Part shown: piece by piece, positions 11,975 through 24,739 of the stretch
How the letters are laid out: each line of letters begins with the position of its first letter
Numbering within the stretch: position 1 is the first letter of the stretch
From: Dicyema japonicum
Taxonomy: Eukaryota > Animalia > Dicyemida
Assembly: GCA_011109175.1 (NCBI GenBank)
Contig: RDEW01000004.1
Coordinates: forward strand, 1,016,030 to 1,080,029
DNA: 64,000 bases
Direction: 5' to 3'
The notes under the pieces: model-generated
Databases searched by the model: none
Told to the model about the DNA's origin: nothing
The model's input: the letters and a program-made list of their open reading frames with translations, nothing else
Translations under genes and position numbers: made by a program

Positions 11975-13950
11975 GTAAAGTTATCTCGCTTGTGCCCCTC
12001 TCTCCTGGATGCGTTTTGTTAATCGCTTCCAGTTCCCTCTGTTCCACGATAGGTTCCTCAGGTGCTCAAGATCATCTGCCGACGTCAACCCTTTCCCAAT
12101 CGAAGTTAGGTCTCTATGTAGAAGGGTTTGTAGAGTAATTTGCTGTTTTTTCCGAAAAGTCGATCCCGGATGAGGAGCATAGTGATGTTCCATCGCGAGA
12201 TTAGCGGGAGTATTCCTGTTCATTCTTAGGATGTGACCAAACATCTGTTATTTCTTATTTCTCCGTCCAATGGGGTGGATATTGTAATGGGAGTAGAGGT
12301 ATTTGTTTGAGATGTGCTTTGGCCAGAAAATTCTTAGAATGTATCTGAGCTGCATTCTATGAAAGGAGTTCAGACTTTCCATTTCAGACATTGTGAGTGC
12401 CCAGGTAGAAGAGTTGTACAGTAAAACCGGTTTTACGAACATATTGTATAATTTGATTTTTAAAGAAGCAGAAATTTGTTTACCTCGTAACCATACGTTG
12501 TCTAAGAGCGAAAGCTGCTAGTGATTTTCTTAGTAGTATGTCTTCTGTATCTCCTAAGAGAGTGCCAAGTTTCTTCGTATGCCTCCATTTTTCCTCGTGT
12601 CGTTGTTAGCATCGCCTTACTATATTATATTCTGTTTTCTGTTAATTTTTAGGAATTATTTTTCAAATGTTTTGGCCAATTTGTCGATAATACCTTCTAA
12701 TTGGTGGTCTGTTGCCGTGAGATCTATGTCATCTGCGAAGATGACTTCCGTTATATGTCTGGGGATATGATTCCTTGCCTCTCGTAGGGTTGCCTCCAGA
12801 TATGCGATGAATAAGACCGGGGATAGGGCGTCTCCATGGGGGTGTCCTTGTTTGTTCCAAATACTCTGGATTTCTGATTTCTGAGGTGGATGAATAGTTG
12901 AGTGGAGAAGAGTCGATAACGAATTATTCTGATGCAATCTCCTCGAGTAGTGGTGCTAATATTTGTATCATCTTGACTCTGCTGATTGAGTCAAATGCCT
13001 TAGATAGGTCCTATTATGTGGTACTCCTCTTTATATTTTTGGCATGAAACACATATCCATTTGTGGCTCCGAACGAATTAGCGATAGAATTTTGCGCAGT
13101 GAGTTGAGTAGTATGATTGGTCTGTTTACCTTTCCTTTATCCTTCCCCGGTTTATGTAGGGGGATTACATTTTTCGATTCCGATGTCAATTCTGGAGTGT
13201 TCCTCAAAAGTTTCGTTCAGAATGTGAGTAATGAGTTTTAGAAACTCTTCAGGAGCGTATTTTATGAGCTCTGCATTAACATTATCTAGGCCTGGAGCTT
13301 TTGAGTTGTTTAGTCTGGTCACAGCTTTTTTATCTTCCGTTAAAGTTATTTCTTGTGATTGCTTTCTGGGGACTCCATCAAACGGCCATAGTCACTCCAG
13401 ACATGTTCTTCCTACCTCTCCCATAGGTACCCATGAAGCTCAGTTCTCGTGCCCTTTTTCTGACCTTCGTGTTCCATCTCCACTTATATAGAGTAGATAG
13501 CTCGTGGATATTTCCATAGGGTTGTGGATAGTGAACTGTAAAAGTCATCCAGTTCCGTTGGGTTTTTGGAGACCTTTGGAGATGTAGGTGCATATACATT
13601 TATAATTGTAGAGTTAGATCCAGTTTCCAATTGAATTACGCAAATTCTGTCATTCACTTTCCATATATTCACGGAGTCTGACATTTACAACAAAGCCCAT
13701 TCCGTAGTGGTGACAGTCCGATGGAAGCAAGATAAGGTCGTGGTCAGCATTTTGTTTATTAAGTCCTTCTTCGACTTTGGTCTTTAACAGACAACAGATA
13801 GTAATGTTGTATCGTTTCAGATCCTGGTAGAGTAACCTCCTTTTGACCGACGACTTCAGTCCTCGAACGTTGAAGGATGCTAGCGTGAACAGAGAGTTCA
13901 AAACCACTTTTGGAATAAAATACGTAATCCCAGTATAGAACCAATCACAG
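11975..13950 (-). mobile_element. RTE-like LINE (APE, RT, C-terminus) with internal deletion
   Basis: LASFNVRG, IINVYAPT, PHGDALSPVLF, FADDID, FVKPVLLYNSSTW, FGHILRM. Confidence 0.85.
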
Positions 13951-14300
13951 AGCGCATATATTTATAATCTTCTTAATCTCCTCACAAAGATATCCATGAA
14001 CCGAAGTTAAGTTCTTGATAAAAAAAGTTATAGACTCCATCACAACCAGATGCCTTCCAATTTGGAACCATCTTGATAGTCTCGGTGATTTCCTCCTCAG
14101 TAAAATCAAAGAGTTCTCTGATCCAGTCACTCTTTTGATAATAAAGAAATTGCTCTTCTTTCGCTCTTCCTTATTCCAAATACTAGTCCAAAATGGAAGA
14201 CATTCCTCCTCATTGAAATTGATGACCGCCATTTAAATTTTTATAAAATCGTTTTCTATTCAATTCAAATCCTACAAGCCTACTCTGGACTCGGAGACTC
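13945..14300 (-). mobile_element. possible R4/Dong-type LINE remnant (pre-RT region)
   Basis: FWTSIWN...FFIKNLTSVHGYLCEEIKKI resembles the R4-clade segment FW.K.L.S.H..L. Confidence 0.4.
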
Positions 14301-14329
14301 GTCAAACAAAGAAACTCCCTGAAGATGAA

Positions 14330-15470
14330 TCATCTGCAAAATTCTTCTGATTTGGAAAATATAAAATGCTTAAATCAGAGAATTACAAAGCTCATCAGAC
14401 TTCACTGTCTCAATTTATATCAGAAGGGTTCAACGAACAGAAACGCCATCTACGGACAATAGTGGTTTCCCTGGATATCCAGAAAGCGTTCGATTCTGTC
14501 TCGAGAACATTACTCACGAAAAAGGTTTTTGACACCACCATTCAGCCGGCTTTGAAAAGATGGATAGCCAATTTTCTCTCCGGAAGAAGAGGACGTGTCT
14601 GTATAGGCCAAGCAGTCTCCTACCAAATGGCGTCCCTCAAGGATCGCCCCTCTCTCCGGCGTTATTCAACTTATTCCTCAACGATTTACCCTGCCCTGGA
14701 GAACCAGATTCAATGTTTCTCACTTATGCTGACGACCTAATCATCGCTAGCAGGAACAAATACGTGGGTACAGCAAAATCAGAGCTTCAGTCACATATTG
14801 AGACCTGGGAGCCTGGTTGAAGTTGAATCGTCTCTCCATATCCAGGGATAAATCAACGTATACAATCTTCACCACGGACAGAAAAGAAAAACATACACTG
14901 GATTTGAACATTTATGGAGACTATTTACCATTACAGATTCGTCCAACAATCCTGGGAGTGACATTTGACCTTTTGATGACATTTTCTCAACATGTGAAGA
15001 ACGTTATGACAAAGAGTCTCAGGAAACTAAATATAATCAAACCGCTCTTAAAGTCCAGGTCGTCATGGGAATGCGCTGTCGTCTTGTTCAATCAACTTCT
15101 AAAACCGACGGTAGAGTATTCTTGTGCCTCATGGGCCTATGGAGCTTCAATATCCAATTCATACAAGATCAACTCCCTAGCAGGCAAACTGGCACGTCTA
15201 ACAAATCTACCCCCGATCTTTCCCCCCAATACTTGACCACGCCGCAATCAAAAATAACGGCTTCATCGGTCTGTGTGGCCAAGAAACATGTCGTTTCTTC
15301 CATTCAAGGCTAGTGGCCTCAAATACACGAAATTTGGGGAAAAAACCCACCCCTCCTCAAACTCTAATGAAAGATGATCGTCGTCTATTCAGGAAAGCCG
15401 TGGGTACTCTGAAGGAGCATAGAAAAAACCTCTCGATTCTGTTGAGGCGTACCGGGATCACTTAATTAGA
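14330..15470 (+). mobile_element. Vingi/Ingi-like LINE, RT plus 3' end
   Basis: SLDIQKAFDSV, WIANFLSGR, GVPQGSPLSPALF, TYADDL, PTILGVTFD, EYSCASW; ends RRTGIT* AATTAG. Confidence 0.85.
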
Positions 15471-15473
15471 TGG

Positions 15474-15900
15474 TTATTCCATCTTTCTTGGTGTTTCCTT
15501 TTCGGGGTTATTAAATAAATAGATATTCAATTCGAAGCACCAGTTGGAACTTCTAAACCTCTTTCTCGATTTGTAAACTCGCAACTTTTCAACAATCTTT
15601 ATTTGATCGTAAACATAAGAAACCCTTTCGAATTCTCCCCTCTTCGATTTTAAAGCCATATGAGTATAAGGTATTACGTCTTCGTCAAATTGATTTTTCC
15701 TGTTCATTTCACTAGCCATTTGAATTTGCTCAAGTTGTTGCTTAAGTTTAGTGAGTTTGCTTTTCATTGACTCTTCCCAACTACTTTAGTGTTTTCTTTT
15801 TGGTAAGAGCCTCATAAGTGCCCAGCATATATAATATCAGTGATATCTTTGATATCCAAGCTTGACAAGGAATCAATATATTCCTTGATTGTTACATAAA
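15474..15900 (-). other. possible unidentified coding region
   Basis: 97-aa ORF with a coiled-coil-like start; no recognised family. Confidence 0.2.
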
Positions 15901-16049
15901 TTCTACACAGAATCTCCTTTCTAAGCATTTGTCTGGGAATCTAGTAAGGATACGAAGGTTCATTCTTGAGGTGAGTAATTTCGCAATTTGGCAACGAAAC
16001 TCACCAAAACATTTTCGAAAATTATTTTTAAGTAATAAAAATAAAAAAT

Positions 16050-19000
16050 CATCACGTGTGGTCTTGTTGTGAATAATTGTATCATCATGGAGCGTCGTTC
16101 ATGCAATGGATCAACACACATTACACCCGAGAGACTGGACACTACATGCTCTACATGCGGTTTTGCCAATGCACGCAAATATGGACTTTTCTGCTCGTCT
16201 TGCCGTGACTTTTTCCACCTTGGATGCATAAAGATGTCTCAGCAGGCTGCGTGCTCGCTCTGCCTTTGGAACTGCAGTGTCTGCATGGGAACTGGTTAGA
16301 AAACCCAGAGGATCATTCCAAACGAGCACGTTGAACCAAACGAGCCTCTAGACTTCAATAATATGGACAACCTATTGCTCTTCTTGTCGGATCTAAGGAA
16401 AGCCAGGAAGATCCCAATCAAGAGCCCAAGACCCGTCCGGATCCCCGCGGCTACATGCCTGGCCTCTGCAATTGACGATGCTCTCACGTCCGACGACCTG
16501 GAGGCCTGGCTAAAACTCCTCAGTTTTGCTCCAATGGCCCTTGGAATTCCATTTATCGACTCAAAGAAGATCTACGGAATAGAGGAAAGCACGACACTTG
16601 GGAACTCCCTTTCTTCAAAAATGAAGAAGAACATCCAGGTTTTCTATGTGCTTTCTCTCACCAAGACGGAAGTCAAGAAATCAAGACATTCTGATTCCAA
16701 TCCTCCGGTTTATTTGAATGGCCCGGAAAAACTTAAAGAGAGAGTGAACCGCAAACTATTCGAAGGCGACGTCCGAGCGGCGTTGCGCGTCGTCGCCAGC
16801 GACGAAACTGTTATGGCTGCGACACCTGAGGTGCTAGAACTACTCAGACATAAACATCCATGTGCTCCGGAAGATTACCGCCCATTCGTGCTTCCGGGAA
16901 ATTTGTCAAGGATGACCGTCACCGAAGGCGAAGTGCGACGCGGCATTTCGTCCTTTGCGGCGAGTAGCAGTGGAGGTATCGATGGCTTGCGGCCGGGTCA
17001 CATCAAAGATCTTACGGCGGACGCTACTGCAGAAGCTGGCTGCAACCTTGTCAAATAAATTACAGAACTGGTTATGCGTATTTTGAACGGAGATATTCCT
17101 CCCCACGCAAGGGAGCTCCTTTTCAGTGCACATTTATTGGCCTTCAAAAAACCTGAAGGTGGGGTCCGCCCCATCGCAGTCGGCAACTATTTAAAAGATT
17201 GATAGCGAAAATCGCATGCAGCATTGTCTGTCCGAGAATATCTGAAGAATTTTCTTCCTCCAACTGGGGGTTGGTGTAAGGAACGGATGCGAGGCGGCAG
17301 TGCATGCTGCGAGGTGTTTTTTTGGACAGAAAGACGAACAAAACTCACATATTGGGGTCAAGCTGGACATCTGCAATGCCTTCAATTCATTGAGAGGGAT
17401 CAAATTTTCGAAACTACAAGCAAACTAGCCCCGGAACTTATTCCACTTGTCTTCCTCGCTTACGGAACCAATTCTTCACTGGTTTTCGACAAGATTATCT
17501 GTTCGGAGACCGGAGTTCAACAAGGGGACCCACTTGGTCCACTACTCTTCGCTCTGGACATCGATGAAATTTTCCGCTCTATAAACACACAACTTAACCT
17601 TTGGTATCTAGATGACGCCACAATTGGAGGGCCGTGGAGAAAAGTACACGATGTTCTGTCACATGCCGTGCCAGCACAACGAAACCTCGGACTTGAGATA
17701 AACATAAAGAAATCGGAGCTAATAAATATCACATACTCGGAGAGTGATTTCATCAACGTGGTCGAGTCTTTCAACTCGGTACTATTTGGAATTACTGTCG
17801 TACCCAGGGAGCGGACATACTTTCTTGGGTGCCCACTTGACGAAAAGGAACTGCGGAGCCATCTACAAACAAAAGAGGATGAACTCTCCAGAGTCACAGA
17901 GAAACTCTCCTTACTCGATGGTCGTACAGCGTTCCTCCTTTTGAAGATTATCATCGACTTGCCCAAACTCCTATATGCTCTCCGATGTTCTTCCTGCTTC
18001 AAACATCGTGACATCCTCCTGTCACTGGATAGGACATTGAGAAAATCAGCTGAATTGCTTCTAAACATCCACTTTGATGCGCCGAGTTGGAACAATGCAA
18101 GCTTCCTACACGCCTCGGAGGAACGGGTCTCAGGTCGGCGCTGGAGATCGCCTATCCAGCATATGTGTCATCGCTCTCAAGTGGAAGCCTTTTGGTCCAA
18201 GAAATCCTACGTATTACAACCGGACTCTCTTGGGAAAAAGCCTTCGACAAAGCTCGTTGCGAATGGTGTGAAACTGGTTTGGATATGCCGAACGATCTTT
18301 CGAGGCAACGTGACTGGGATGATATTTACTCCAAAAATATCTTCGACGTGCTAAAGTCTGAGGCCAACCAGCATCGTCTTGCATGCCTCGTGTCCGCCGC
18401 CAACCATGGGAGCGGAGCGTGGCTGGATGCACTCCCGTGTTCCTCCCTGGGGACCCTATTGGACGATGACTGTATTCGGATTGGAATCGCACAACGCCTG
18501 GGAGCTGATGTTTGCGTCGAACACTAATGTCGCTGTGGAGGGATCGTCGATGTCAAAGGGCTGCACCCGCTCTCGTGCAAAAGGAGTGCGGGCAGAGCAC
18601 CCCGCCATGCTGCTATGAACAACATTGTCTTGCAAGCTCTTGAAGCGGCAGGCTTCCCGGCAGTACTGGAACCTGTGGGATTGGACCGCGGAGATGGGAA
18701 AAGACCGGATGTGTTAACTCTCTTTCCGTTCACTGAGGGAAAATCGCTCTTATGAAACTGCACTGTTGTGGATTCTTTCTCGAACTCGATGATGCTCAGC
18801 TCGGCGCAGTCTGCTAGATCGGCAGCCGATCTGACCGAGAAAATCAAGATTAAAAAATATGGCGAAATTGGAGACCGCTACCGTTTTGTACCGGTAGCAA
18901 TCGAGACGTCTGGTGCGGCTGGAAGTATCACAGCCTCTTTCCTAAAGGAAATCGGGGGAAAATTGGCTCACCGCAAGAAAGACGTGCAAGAAGCGGTCTG

Positions 19001-19110
19001 GCTGAGGCAAAGAATTGGTATCGCAGTTGTTCGCGGAAACGCTTACTCCGTGATGTCAGCAGCCGCTCTCCCCCATAGTTAATAAATAATATTTTATTGT
19101 TAAATAAAAA
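16050..19110 (+). mobile_element. CRE-like (RLE-type) non-LTR retrotransposon, near full length: PHD finger, RT, CCHC knuckle, restriction-like endonuclease
   Basis: N-terminal CSTC..CSSCRDFFHLGC..WNCSVC; GGVRPIAVG, QQGDPLGPLLF, WYLDD; CRC..HPLSC; [14 protein letters not shown]; KKY..FVPVAIETSG; RQRIGIAVVRGN; A-rich tail. Confidence 0.92.
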
Positions 19111-19507
19111 ATAAAAAAAGTAATTAATTAAAATTAATTTGAATTTATTTCCTTTTTGGTGGGTTTAATTAAAAATGGTTTGTGTAAGCTGCATTCTATT
19201 TCCATTGGTAATGTGGATTTTTGCATTCGTTGTTAAACAATTTCATCGCCTTTTCTCTCAATTTGTAAAGCAAGATTCGTCAATAATCGTTTTATATAAT
19301 TTTAATTTTATAGAACGAACAAACCAGACGACATGATATTTCTAATAAAGATGACTAGTATAGAGTTAATTTGATTATTATAACTCAACCAGTGTTATAG
19401 ATTGTCTCTCTTTCATTGTCTTTGCGTGTTTTGGATAATCTTATAAGTTTATTCTCAATATGATCATATACAACTTTGTGACTTTATTCAACACTTTTTC
19501 ATACATG

Positions 19508-19572
19508 GACCGCATAGTGGTCAGAAATGTAGCTCGCATTCCATTTAGCTGTGGGTTCGATCCCCCCTTTCG
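19508..19572 (+). pseudogene. tRNA-like / SINE-head sequence (A and B boxes)
   Basis: GACCGCATAGTGGTC hairpin and GGGTTCGATCCC B box; no complete cloverleaf. Confidence 0.4.
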
Positions 19573-19989
19573 CTATCTACTTAATAGAAATGTTTTTTCA
19601 GCTTTTCGCTTTATTCAATTCTTAGAGCTATAGTGATCCATCTAAACCATGCACGTTCAAAGGCTAACAGGCATACAAAGAATCTTCCTTTCTACTGTGA
19701 GGGTTTTCCATATTGGAGAATACTTGGATTAGTTGTTGAGAAAATACGTCCCACCCAGACCGGGTGAATGTATAAGCCTATTTAATGTATATCCGGGGAT
19801 ATTTAAAAATAAAAAAAACATTTTTGATACTCCAATCATATGATCTATTTTTTTCAGTGACCGGGTCGTTCATACCTTCTATAACAACTTAATTCTCACA
19901 TCTGGTGGATGATATAATTTTTGCATCTAGAGCCTGGATGTAGATGTCTTTACCTCCAATGAAAATGACTAGAGACAAACTTATTAATA

Positions 19990-22636
19990 ATACAATATTA
20001 TACAAAATGGATGGCTGACCGACTCTGGGCCATTTCCCTTGTGTACCATCTCTCCGTTAGTTTGAAGGTTATTTTCTGGGTTGCGGAGATTTTCTGGATG
20101 TTCGTATAAGAGGCCAGTGGTCCCATGAAGTACACGCATATGAAATGCATGGTTCGATGTACTGTGAGTAGAGCGTTTTAAGTATATGGTGATGTCCAAT
20201 TTTCCATAGACCTGTTAGGCATTTCAGAAGGTTGATTTTTTTCTCACATTTGTTCAGCACGTTAGTGACATGTCTCGAAAAGTTCATGTGCGTATCGAAA
20301 CTCAGACTCAATATTTTTGCCATTTGCTGAACGGCAATTCTCTTCTCTACGCAGTAACTTATATTGTCCTGTTCGACAATCTTTTGTCCGAGGTATAGAG
20401 TTGTAACAGATTTTTCTGTATTGATTGACATCCGATATTCACTAAACCATTCGAGTAGTCGATCCATGTGGTGTTGTATTTTTTCCGTCAGTGTTTGGGT
20501 GTTCTGATCCCGTGAGGCTAAGACTATATCGTCTGCATAAGTCACAAGCAGGTCGTCTTCTCCATTCGGCGTCGGAATGTCAGCCATAAACATGTTGAAT
20601 AGTAATAGTGATAGCGACAAGCCATGGGGTATTCCACTTTGGAATAAACGGGAGACAGAATGAATGTTTCCAATTCACACTCTACCTCTTCGTCCGCTAA
20701 GGAAATTCATCAGCCAGCTTTTGAGGTTTTCAGGGATATCTGATTGGTAAATTTTCCATGTTAGGTTCTTCCTCGGCACAGAGTCGAAAGCTTTGTGGAC
20801 GTCCAGTGAGCATAACACAGTTTTCTGGTGTTTTGGCTTGCACAGAAATCTAGAGCGAGTAAAGCTAGTCAGGGATGTGAGAAAGCTCGTTGTGGAACGA
20901 TCCTTTTTAAAACCATGCTGGAATGGTTTATCGGAAGTTCTTTCAGTGATTTTTGCGAGAAAAAGCTTTTCCAGAATTTCTGAAAGGGAGCATAAGAGAG
21001 AAATAGGCCTGAAGGAAGCTGGGTTTTTTTTCGGTTTTCCTGAATTCAATACTCGGTGAATGTTTGCAAGTTTCCACATCGTGGGATTGAGTTATAATTA
21101 ATCGACCAGTTATAGATTTTGGTCAGAGTACCAATTCCCTCATTTCCTATGTTTTTCAGGAGGATTATGGGAATTCCGTCTGGACCATGAGAATGTGTTA
21201 CTTTTGTTTGGTTTAGGGATGCCATTACCTCCTTTTCCGTGAAATAAGTTAATTGATCCCTTTTCGGTTTTCTTAGTGGCGGTTTGGGTGGGTCAGTTTT
21301 TATGAGAGATTTTATAGGACGTTTAGGTCCTTTTGGCAGAATTCGTCATTTCTGGGTGTCCTCTCATCCACCTTCGAGATATTTCGAATTGTCTTCCAGA
21401 CTTCGAATGTTGACCAGTTACGATTTAATGACGTAATGACCATCTTCCATTTAGCTCTCTGTATTTTGAATTCATTGGCTTTTATTTCCTCGTTCAGCAC
21501 TTTTAGACGGATCCTTGCTTCGGAGGAACGGATCCCTGCTTTTTTGAGACGGTTTCGTTCCTTGACCAGAGCTTTTTTCCGTACTCTCTCGTGTAAGCGA
21601 AATATTTTTTAGGGACAGCCATTGTTTTTGCTTCCAGGATGACTTTATTGACGTAGGCGACCACTATATCAAGGGAGGTAAAGTTTTCCAGCTGTTTGTT
21701 AGCCAAATGTTGGTAACTGATCGGAATAATTGCCAATTTGCAAGATTATATATGCAGGTTTCTTTTTCCACTGGTAATTTCGCTTTTGATTTGTAGCAGA
21801 ATAGGGTATGATCACTTCGGGTGTCGAGATGATGGACCAATTAATCGTTGTTGAAAGCTGTGGTAAACAGAGTGTGATATCTGGGGAGGTTGGATTGTCA
21901 GAGTTTCTTTGAGGTGTTCTTGTGTTTTTTGATGGGTCATTGATGATTGTCAGATTGCCAGGCTGCGTCAACAGCAAATTTCCTCTTGTACCTGCTGACT
22001 GATTTAAAAGCCAGAGAGGGTGTTTGGCATTCAAATCGCCGCATATCACGACTTCGTTCCAAATCTCCAGTGCTGATAATTCTGGCATAGTGTAATGTTT
22101 CGGGCATGAGCCCGGAGGCGGAATATACATGTTTACAAAATAGTCTTCCTTTTGTTGTGCCAACAGATATTCCGATTGTCTCTGTGGTTTCATCACTCCC
22201 CAAAAGTTTCTTCGCTCGAGTGTATGGTCCTCATACTTTATGCCTTTTCTGATTAATGTAAGTAGTCCTCCTCCACACTGCTTAGTGCGATTGGCACGTA
22301 TTATGTTGTATCCGGGAAAGAGGGGCGTAGTATCTTTTGCTGATAGCTTCGATTCTTGGATGAGCACGATGTCTGCTTTAAGTTTAACAATCAGAGTTCT
22401 AAGTTCAATCATTTTGCCTTTTATTCCGTTCACATTCAGTTGTATAACGGAGATCCGGTCCTTTGACTTGTGTAGGTTGCGAATCCGAGAAGCTGTAGCC
22501 AGACCAGTAATCCGTCGACCAGGGCGACATGTACCCCCGGTGGAAAAGAGCTAATGGCTCTTTTTGGAAATGCTTTAGGAGCATTTTGAGCGCCTCCAGA
22601 GTTGTTGCATCCGGTGAGCCACATGACGCCACGCTA
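19990..22636 (-). mobile_element. Vingi/Ingi-like LINE with intact 5' end (ribozyme-like head, APE, RT)
   Basis: QLNVNGIKGK, IQESKL, NMYIPP, CGDLNAKH, SPDITLC, FRPISLLC, QHGFK, SLDVHKAFDSV, TYADDI, EPCISYACTSW. Confidence 0.88.
22555..22630 (-). ncRNA. candidate HDV-like self-cleaving ribozyme
   Basis: P1 GGCGUC/GGCGCU (G.U first pair), P2 UGGCUC/GAGCCA, P3 CCGGA/UCUGG, P1.1 UG/CA, P4 AAAUGCU/AGCAUUU, C- and A-rich J4/2. Confidence 0.6.
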
Positions 22637-22664
22637 ATGTTAATAAAACTGAGTTTAAACGAGA

Positions 22665-24345
22665 AATAAGTTGAAGAATTTCGAAAGACAATCAGTGGAC
22701 GTAACTGATAGGATATCAAAACTGAATAAAGAAATCACGCGGAACATCACAAAACACAACAAAGAACGTTGTGAAGCCTTGCTCAGAAAAGCTACAAATA
22801 ATACTTCCTCCACTGTATTATGGAAGTCGATAAGGAGTCTCAAGAAGTACTCTCCAAATTCAATTGGACATGGAGAGCCATGCCCAAATGTGTAGTATGT
22901 GAATATTAGTCATAAACCATATTCAAAAGACCTGGATGTTCGTTCAGTCCATGATGGAAGGTATAAATGTCTAAACATGACTTTCTTAGATCCGTCAATG
23001 GTGCACTGTAATCAGGTAAATTAATAACTCGTCGTCCCGCGGTTCAGATAAATACTCCGTTCTCGAACTGAAACACTTGGGTCCTTCCGCGACACAAATT
23101 TTCAACGTCTCATTAAACGAGAACAAGATTATGTTAATATGGAAGAAATCTCTGATACACTCTATTCTGAAAAAAAACAAACCACCAAACTGCCCGTCCT
23201 CCTATTTCCTGGTATCCATCATCTGCACTATATCACAATTGTTAGAAAAACTGGTCCTTCTCAAGATCCGTCCTTTCATAACTATACCATCTTTTCTACA
23301 TAGATTCCGCGAAGGACACTCAAATGCCTTTGACTCAGTATTCCGGAAGATCCTTACAGCAAAAATTTTTACGACGTCGATTCACCCTATATTCAGGTCA
23401 TGGTTGGTTAACTTCATTAACGGTCAAATGGGCCAAGTGGTGGAGAACAACCAAAAATCAAAACTGCGATACCTTCCAAACGGAGTTCCACAAGGATCAC
23501 CGTTATCACCAATGCTCTTCAGCATGTTCCTCAATGACCTCACATCCCCAACCACCAAAAACACAATTCTCTTATCGTATGCGGATGATCTCATGGTCGC
23601 AGTGAAACATTTGAAGAATTGAGGAGGCGACACGGTCCGTGCAAGATCTAGTAAACCTGATGGGTTTTTGGTTCCTGAATGTATAACCAGGAACGTCACA
23701 TGTAATGACGTTTACCTAAAAGAAATACGGGCAACACACGAATAAAATTGTATGATTTCCCGCTTCCCATTAAGAAGACACTTTAAATCCTTGGAGTCAT
23801 CCTGGATCTTCTCCTCACATTCACTCATCAAGTGAACCAAGTAACTGCGAGGATCCAAAAGAAAATTCGAATTCTCAAGGCTTATACGCAGTCTCTAATA
23901 TCATCCATCGTTAGAGCTTCTATACAAACAATTTGTTCTACCTAGTATAAGCCTGCATGGATTGTCCCGATATCCTATCAGCACAGAGCAAGCTGGAAAA
24001 TTTACCAAATCGATGTCTCAGAATACTATTGAGATCGTCGAAAAAGACGTCCACCTCGTTACTTCGAGGAACACTAAACGTCCCCTCAATCATACCTTAC
24101 GGAACGTCACCGGGACTTCCTCAAGATGGCAGTCCCCTGACTATTTCCTAGGGCCGAAAATTAAACTATATATGGACGCCTGCCCCGAGATGAGAAGAAA
24201 CCTTCCCCTTGTGGAGATTAATCCAGGACTCCAAAACTAATCTCAGGAAAAGGACTGATATGGACACCGGATCACTTAATTAGACGATAACTTTTATCTT
24301 CTATCTCGTGAAGTCGGGTTAATAAAATAAAAATAAATAAAAAAC
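22665..24345 (+). mobile_element. Vingi-like LINE, 5'-truncated (linker, RT, 3' end)
   Basis: LNKEI..LWKSI, LLEKLVL, WLVNFING, GVPQGSPLSPMLF, SYADDL; ends CCGGATCACTTAATTAG plus A-rich tail. Confidence 0.85.
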
Positions 24346-24739
24346 ACAAACTATTAGTTTTTCAATTATTGGGGAGGATACCATTCAATATCAACTATTC
24401 TTTAATTGAAAGCTTTTGGATTTCGATATCTTAATTTTTTTATTTACAAAAAAAGCTATAGCCATTATCATTGATCCGACACAATTGAATTACATCACTA
24501 TTCCAACTACAATCATCAAATGTTGCTAAAATATACCAACTGCTCTCACATTATAGAGGTTCTCAAAACAGCAAGGATGGTTGTTTCTGGTTATTTTCAA
24601 AAATGATCAGAATTCTTTCAAACAAGGAAAAAGAAGGTGGCCAAAAAGAATCCGTAGCCACTACCAGACAAACTAATAAATAGTTGTTTGGCAAGGAAGA
24701 TAAGGTGAGACCGTTGGCTACAATTTATTTATTACTAAG

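Noticed and set aside
16363-18354. group II intron, retron or DGR reverse transcriptase
   Set aside because: The RT is followed by a CCHC knuckle, a PD-(D/E)xK endonuclease and an A-rich tail, typical of CRE-like LINEs
22440-22500. 2A motif in the 22 kb Vingi element
   Set aside because: The sequence reads DSQPTQVKGP and lacks DxExNPGP
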